DNA from: a virus
Direction: 5' to 3' (one strand)
IMG/VR virus record: IMGVR_UViG_3300032516_000004
Coordinates: 96,001 to 160,000 of that record
DNA length: 64,000 nucleotides
Position numbers and translations under genes: made by a program
The notes under the pieces: model-generated
Told to the model about the DNA's origin: nothing
The model's database searches: none
The model's input: only the letters and a program-made list of their open reading frames with translations
Shown: positions 61,601-64,000 of the stretch, one piece after another
Numbering within the stretch: position 1 is the stretch's first letter
Layout: every line of letters starts with the position of its first letter

Positions 61601-63266
61601 CTTTTGGCGTAATTGCATAAACGCGGTTACCACTCAGACCACACTCTTTGATAAATCTGGAGAGGGCAGCGGGGCTAGCTTTAAATGGAAGTTCCTCAAG
61701 TATATTCTTGCTGCCAAATCCCTGTGCGTGCAGCTTCCTAATCAACTTTTCATGTTTATAATAGGGGTTCCGTTTTCTATTGCATATGATGCAGAGGCTA
61801 TTGTTTTTGGCCGTTCTGTGAACCGTAATCTTTTTACGGCAGTCACCGCATCTGATACTCTTTGTATTCTTGGACCTGTTAAGACATCTGGGGCAATGAT
61901 AGATAGGGATATTATTAGGAGTGACGAAGATATTGGAACATTTAACACAGACTACTTCAATCTCTTTCATATAAAACCTCTGGAACAAAAGGATATTACC
62001 GACGTTACTTTTAATTCTATCACACCAGAATCAAATCGTGAAGTCTGGGATCTTACCATGGAACAAGACCCAAACTTTATAGCTAATGGTTTTGTAGTTC
62101 ATAATTCAGCGGGTTACGGAATGATTACGTATGTTACTGCATATCTTGAGACCCACTATCCGGCTGAGTATTATACTACTCTTTTAGATTCAACTGATAA
62201 AGCTGACAAGATCACTACATTAATGCGTGGTATTATGCATAAAAATTATGCGGTAGTTCCACCCGATGTAAATGAGTCTGGTGTAGGGTATGCCACTAAC
62301 AATAATGTTATTTACATGGGGCTTGGTTCGGTAAGAAATGTTGGCAATTCAGCGGGTGAGATTGTTGAAGAACGTGATCGAAATGGTAAGTTTGGGTCAT
62401 TTATTGAGTTTTGTCAACGTTTGTCGTCTGTTAATAAAACAGCAAAAATAAATTTGATAAAAGCCGGTGCATTTAAGTGGGATAAATCACTATGTGATCG
62501 AGATAAAGCCGATAATATTGACGTTATTAATAAGGCCGTTAGACGTAAGAACAAAAAATTTGATGGCACTAAAGTAGCGCCCATTGAGATAGCCACTGAA
62601 TGTTACATTACGGGTATCGATTTCACCGATATTCAACGGCAGCAGAATGAACGAGAAGTACTAAATTCATTTATTACTGGTCATCCAGCGGCAGTTTATC
62701 AACGTCTTGCCCCGTATTTGGAAAGAGCAGACTCTCATGTTGTGTGCCCGTCCATGATTAAGGACTGTCAAGTTGGAGAAACGGTATTGTTGGTTGGCAT
62801 GGTTGACACAATAAATAAGAAATTCATTACTAAAGAAGGAAGGAATCAGGGTAATCCTTATTTAGTGGTACATATTAGTGATGAACGCGATTCAACAATG
62901 ACTAATATATGGTATCCAATGTGTAATGATATGGAAAAAATATTAGTACCTGGACAAGTTGGTATGTTTGAGTGTATAACTAGGGCAGATAAATTTAGAG
63001 AAGGTAGAATATCGTTGTCAGTTAAACATGCTGTTATGTTAACTCATGGTTTACCAATACAAGGAATTTTTGTAAATAACGGTCATGCTCCAGAGGCCGT
63101 GTTAGCTAAAATAGGTGGCATGCTAAATCAGATTATCGATGTTGGTAATAAAAAATATGCCTCTATACGAGGTAGAATAACTGTAAATCCAGATGTTCTT
63201 GAAAATGCAGCTCACGAATTTGATGGTGTTAAATTTTTAATCTGTATGGAGGCGTCAGATGGCTAA
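58647..63266 (+). CDS. dnaE: DNA polymerase III alpha subunit (family C), intein-containing
   Basis: PHP domain (FVHLVVHT), RGSSCGS..Y.L.I, PDIDTD, HAAG, LKLD.LGLRNL, VFQLDS, RPGP, YQEQ-like FQEQ, YP.EY, PPDVN.S, C-terminal OB fold. Confidence 0.95.
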   Translation: MSVIFTSGEPQMWLKTCGCQNPAIYWSSDFNARICGNCGMVIMEKQGEEVKIDFVHLVVHTHLSFLKATCKIEDLINKAKEYGMSALAKTELGNLCGAPSFVKECKEAGIKPILGTTFNTKIGEIFHPITIIATNHAGYKNLVRLNTLAWQIRFGKEHGPSIQINDIISSDGLIAIIGVEQSGLGFESLVTMLAGKIQPTLAATWYNQQDNDNLAILRVVADKLHLPVVATNNVRYVNQSDHDAYKIALKIGHYDYLLQDPEYYFKSPAEMAQLPFDEEWYRNTIRIADSVQDYQIINKEFIVPTFKDQNGEWGIEESFGKLQIETWNGLAAKGLIDKPEYIKRLEYELDVIKRKKFASYFLIIAEIVDYIKSRGWLSPFGRGSSCGSMICYCLDIIAIDPIKWSIPFERFINEGRIDLPDIDTDITQEGRGDVLKHIAEVHGHDRVAQIATFQTMGLKASIDNVGRALDVAFVQNRELRNKIPEEVEEIDDLSDDVKKELNTVKGWADNAKSLSGITKNFGVHAAGIAIANNPIGDLVPLLPEIDGVQGVQYDMKDLEILGLLKLDMLGLRNLDVIQNTLAIIKQVHNVDIDVHNLPLDDNQTYDMISTGDYVSVFQLDSPGYRKLARQLKPDKYEHIMALNALFRPGPLGGGMTDEYVERRHGRKPSESMHPWLDEDLSTTYQLIVFQEQLLALAKKIAGFNGVEADKFRHAVGKKSQVEFDRAMSKFKDGALNREGLIPPPGCGKSLEAWVDDLIKKISGHARYSWNRGHCLDGSSLVLTCGRGLVPIKYINIGEEVWSIREKTGDIFRNRVMNVINNGRRDTVRVRSSDGRELVTTSNHRYFTSKQQYKHASELNYTDSLKMLDKGIFRRHFNIFVTSITNRNKVPFVVSLYNFIWYNVVKAKSFFGSTKDAHTPISFKKFISKRSANFPSFSYFNTRSSISEELINTSGINKDLSFSQSPRDCNLAFVPHTSYFKDCLSYFWRNCINAVTTQTTLFDKSGEGSGASFKWKFLKYILAAKSLCVQLPNQLFMFIIGVPFSIAYDAEAIVFGRSVNRNLFTAVTASDTLCILGPVKTSGAMIDRDIIRSDEDIGTFNTDYFNLFHIKPLEQKDITDVTFNSITPESNREVWDLTMEQDPNFIANGFVVHNSAGYGMITYVTAYLETHYPAEYYTTLLDSTDKADKITTLMRGIMHKNYAVVPPDVNESGVGYATNNNVIYMGLGSVRNVGNSAGEIVEERDRNGKFGSFIEFCQRLSSVNKTAKINLIKAGAFKWDKSLCDRDKADNIDVINKAVRRKNKKFDGTKVAPIEIATECYITGIDFTDIQRQQNEREVLNSFITGHPAAVYQRLAPYLERADSHVVCPSMIKDCQVGETVLLVGMVDTINKKFITKEGRNQGNPYLVVHISDERDSTMTNIWYPMCNDMEKILVPGQVGMFECITRADKFREGRISLSVKHAVMLTHGLPIQGIFVNNGHAPEAVLAKIGGMLNQIIDVGNKKYASIRGRITVNPDVLENAAHEFDGVKFLICMEASDG
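61050..61970 (-). CDS. HNH endonuclease encoded antisense inside the DnaE intein
   Basis: N-terminal CxxC fingers (CVKC, CPRC, CGDC, CIIC); RKISRSLRYKLLERDWCMCVFCG...LSLHHIIPY...EWNLVTVCNRCH; GAGG SD 6 nt before ATG 61970. Confidence 0.88.
   Translation of the reverse strand: MKEIEVVCVKCSNIFVTPNNIPIYHCPRCLNRSKNTKSIRCGDCRKKITVHRTAKNNSLCIICNRKRNPYYKHEKLIRKLHAQGFGSKNILEELPFKASPAALSRFIKECGLSGNRVYAITPKVRKAILEIRSMGYKSQIAISRRLAERKIFINPRSIYKFFRDGRSGIKIRKTRKISRSLRYKLLERDWCMCVFCGTKKRLSLHHIIPYEIVKADDEWNLVTVCNRCHKDVEMSSKNPLIKHLQAISIVQLRRVFILLFGGKIPMIRCGHKLSTIAGSNTHSIAPTIVNNIHNSISKNISSLLSN
62014..62042 (-). promoter_or_regulatory. Candidate promoter for the antisense HNH gene
   Basis: Minus strand TTCACG-17-TAGAAT with extended TG, about 43 nt upstream of ATG 61970. 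Confidence 0.45.
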
Positions 63267-63516
63267 AATATCTGATGCTGATGTTATTACTACGGTACAA
63301 CAATTGCGTCGTATGATTACCATATTTGATTCGTTTGGGTGTCCCATTAAAACATTTATGGAAGACGATGAATTAGTTAGGGTTGTTCCTGATGATTTAC
63401 CCAATAAAATAATTAACGTAAGTCGTACCATACACCATATGTTGGTTGAGTTTGAAAAACATCCAAGATATAAAATGGCGGTTAAGACCATGCTCGAATT
63501 AAAAGGAAGAGGATAG
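63259..63516 (+). CDS. Hypothetical protein
   Basis: GGAGG SD within the end of dnaE; overlap-coupled. Confidence 0.55.
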   Translation: MAKISDADVITTVQQLRRMITIFDSFGCPIKTFMEDDELVRVVPDDLPNKIINVSRTIHHMLVEFEKHPRYKMAVKTMLELKGRG

Positions 63517-63565
63517 CGATTTTGAAAATATTGCCAAATCAAAATCATTATGATATTCTTTAGGA

Positions 63566-64000
63566 ATGATTAAATGTAATAGATGTGGTATTATGAAATT
63601 ACGACGCGAACTTGTAAATAGCAAACAGCGATCAAAGGGTTATAGACCCTTATGTAAACAATGTTATAATAAACATAGACGATTAGTTTGGCGACGATAT
63701 GCTGGTTTGGTTAGGAAAGCTATTTTGAAGTATTTACAAAAACACCCGTGTGTTGATTGTGGTGAGACTAATCCAATTGCCTTAGAATTTCATCATTTGA
63801 AGAATAAAAAATATAATATAGCTCCATTAATTGGTAAAGGATGTAAACTTTCACGTATTATGAGTGAAATTGCTAAGTGTGATGTAGTTTGTGCTAACTG
63901 TCACAAGAAAAGAACTGCCAAACAACAAAATTGGTATAATATGAAAACTAAGAAGTGCTGTAATTGTAAAGAAATTAAATCAGTAAAGCTATTTAATAAG
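63566..64000 (+). CDS. HNH endonuclease, 3'-truncated by the window edge (not in the ORF track)
   Basis: MIKCNRCG...HPCVDCGETNPIALEFHHL...EIAKCDVVCANCHKKRT; frame open to the window end. Confidence 0.85.
   Translation, partial: MIKCNRCGIMKLRRELVNSKQRSKGYRPLCKQCYNKHRRLVWRRYAGLVRKAILKYLQKHPCVDCGETNPIALEFHHLKNKKYNIAPLIGKGCKLSRIMSEIAKCDVVCANCHKKRTAKQQNWYNMKTKKCCNCKEIKSVKLFNK

Larger units (their letters stand above)
60966..62105 (+). mobile_element. Intein in DnaE (380 aa) inserted at WNRGH|SAGY
   Basis: Block A CLDGSSLV, block B TTSNHRY, block F VWDLTM, block G NFIANGFVVHN|S; splicing restores the FNKSHS-type motif. Confidence 0.93.

Noticed and set aside
60966-62105. Split intein, frameshifted gene or group I intron in dnaE
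   Set aside because: The sense frame is continuous over 1539 codons and both intein termini are present in cis.

Overview
A gene-dense segment of a large tailed dsDNA phage (jumbo-phage-like; host not identifiable from the sequence). Left to right: sigma-like regulator; a virion fibre block (1458-aa Gly-X-Thr collagen-like protein, repetitive fibre protein, papain-like amidase, GT4-GT2-TPR glycosyltransferase, methyltransferase); an HK97-type head module (prohead protease/scaffold, decoration protein, major capsid protein); a minus-strand block of small genes (NADAR, HNH, DUF2284-like); and a long + strand replication/nucleotide-metabolism block (class II RNR, PurZ0-like adenylosuccinate synthetase homologue, SSB-like Q/P-rich protein, RecA, resolvase, SF2 helicase, dCMP deaminase, primase-helicase, NMP kinase, NDT-like N-glycosidase, dUTPase, ThyX, sigma-like factor, DnaE). 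The most striking observation: the DnaE intein (60966-62105) has intact splicing motifs, but where a homing endonuclease domain normally sits, the sense frame is a nonsense-looking linker. The opposite strand there encodes a complete HNH endonuclease (61970-61050) in exact codon register, with its own Shine-Dalgarno and a candidate promoter, and with no TTA/CTA/TCA codons, which keeps the polymerase frame open. Also notable: a PurZ0-like enzyme (possible 2-aminoadenine genome) alongside a family C polymerase, and two paralogous HTH/Vsr-like endonuclease/Mom-like DNA-modification fusion genes. No tRNA, rRNA or CRISPR array was recognised by eye. All family assignments come from motif recognition, not database searches.
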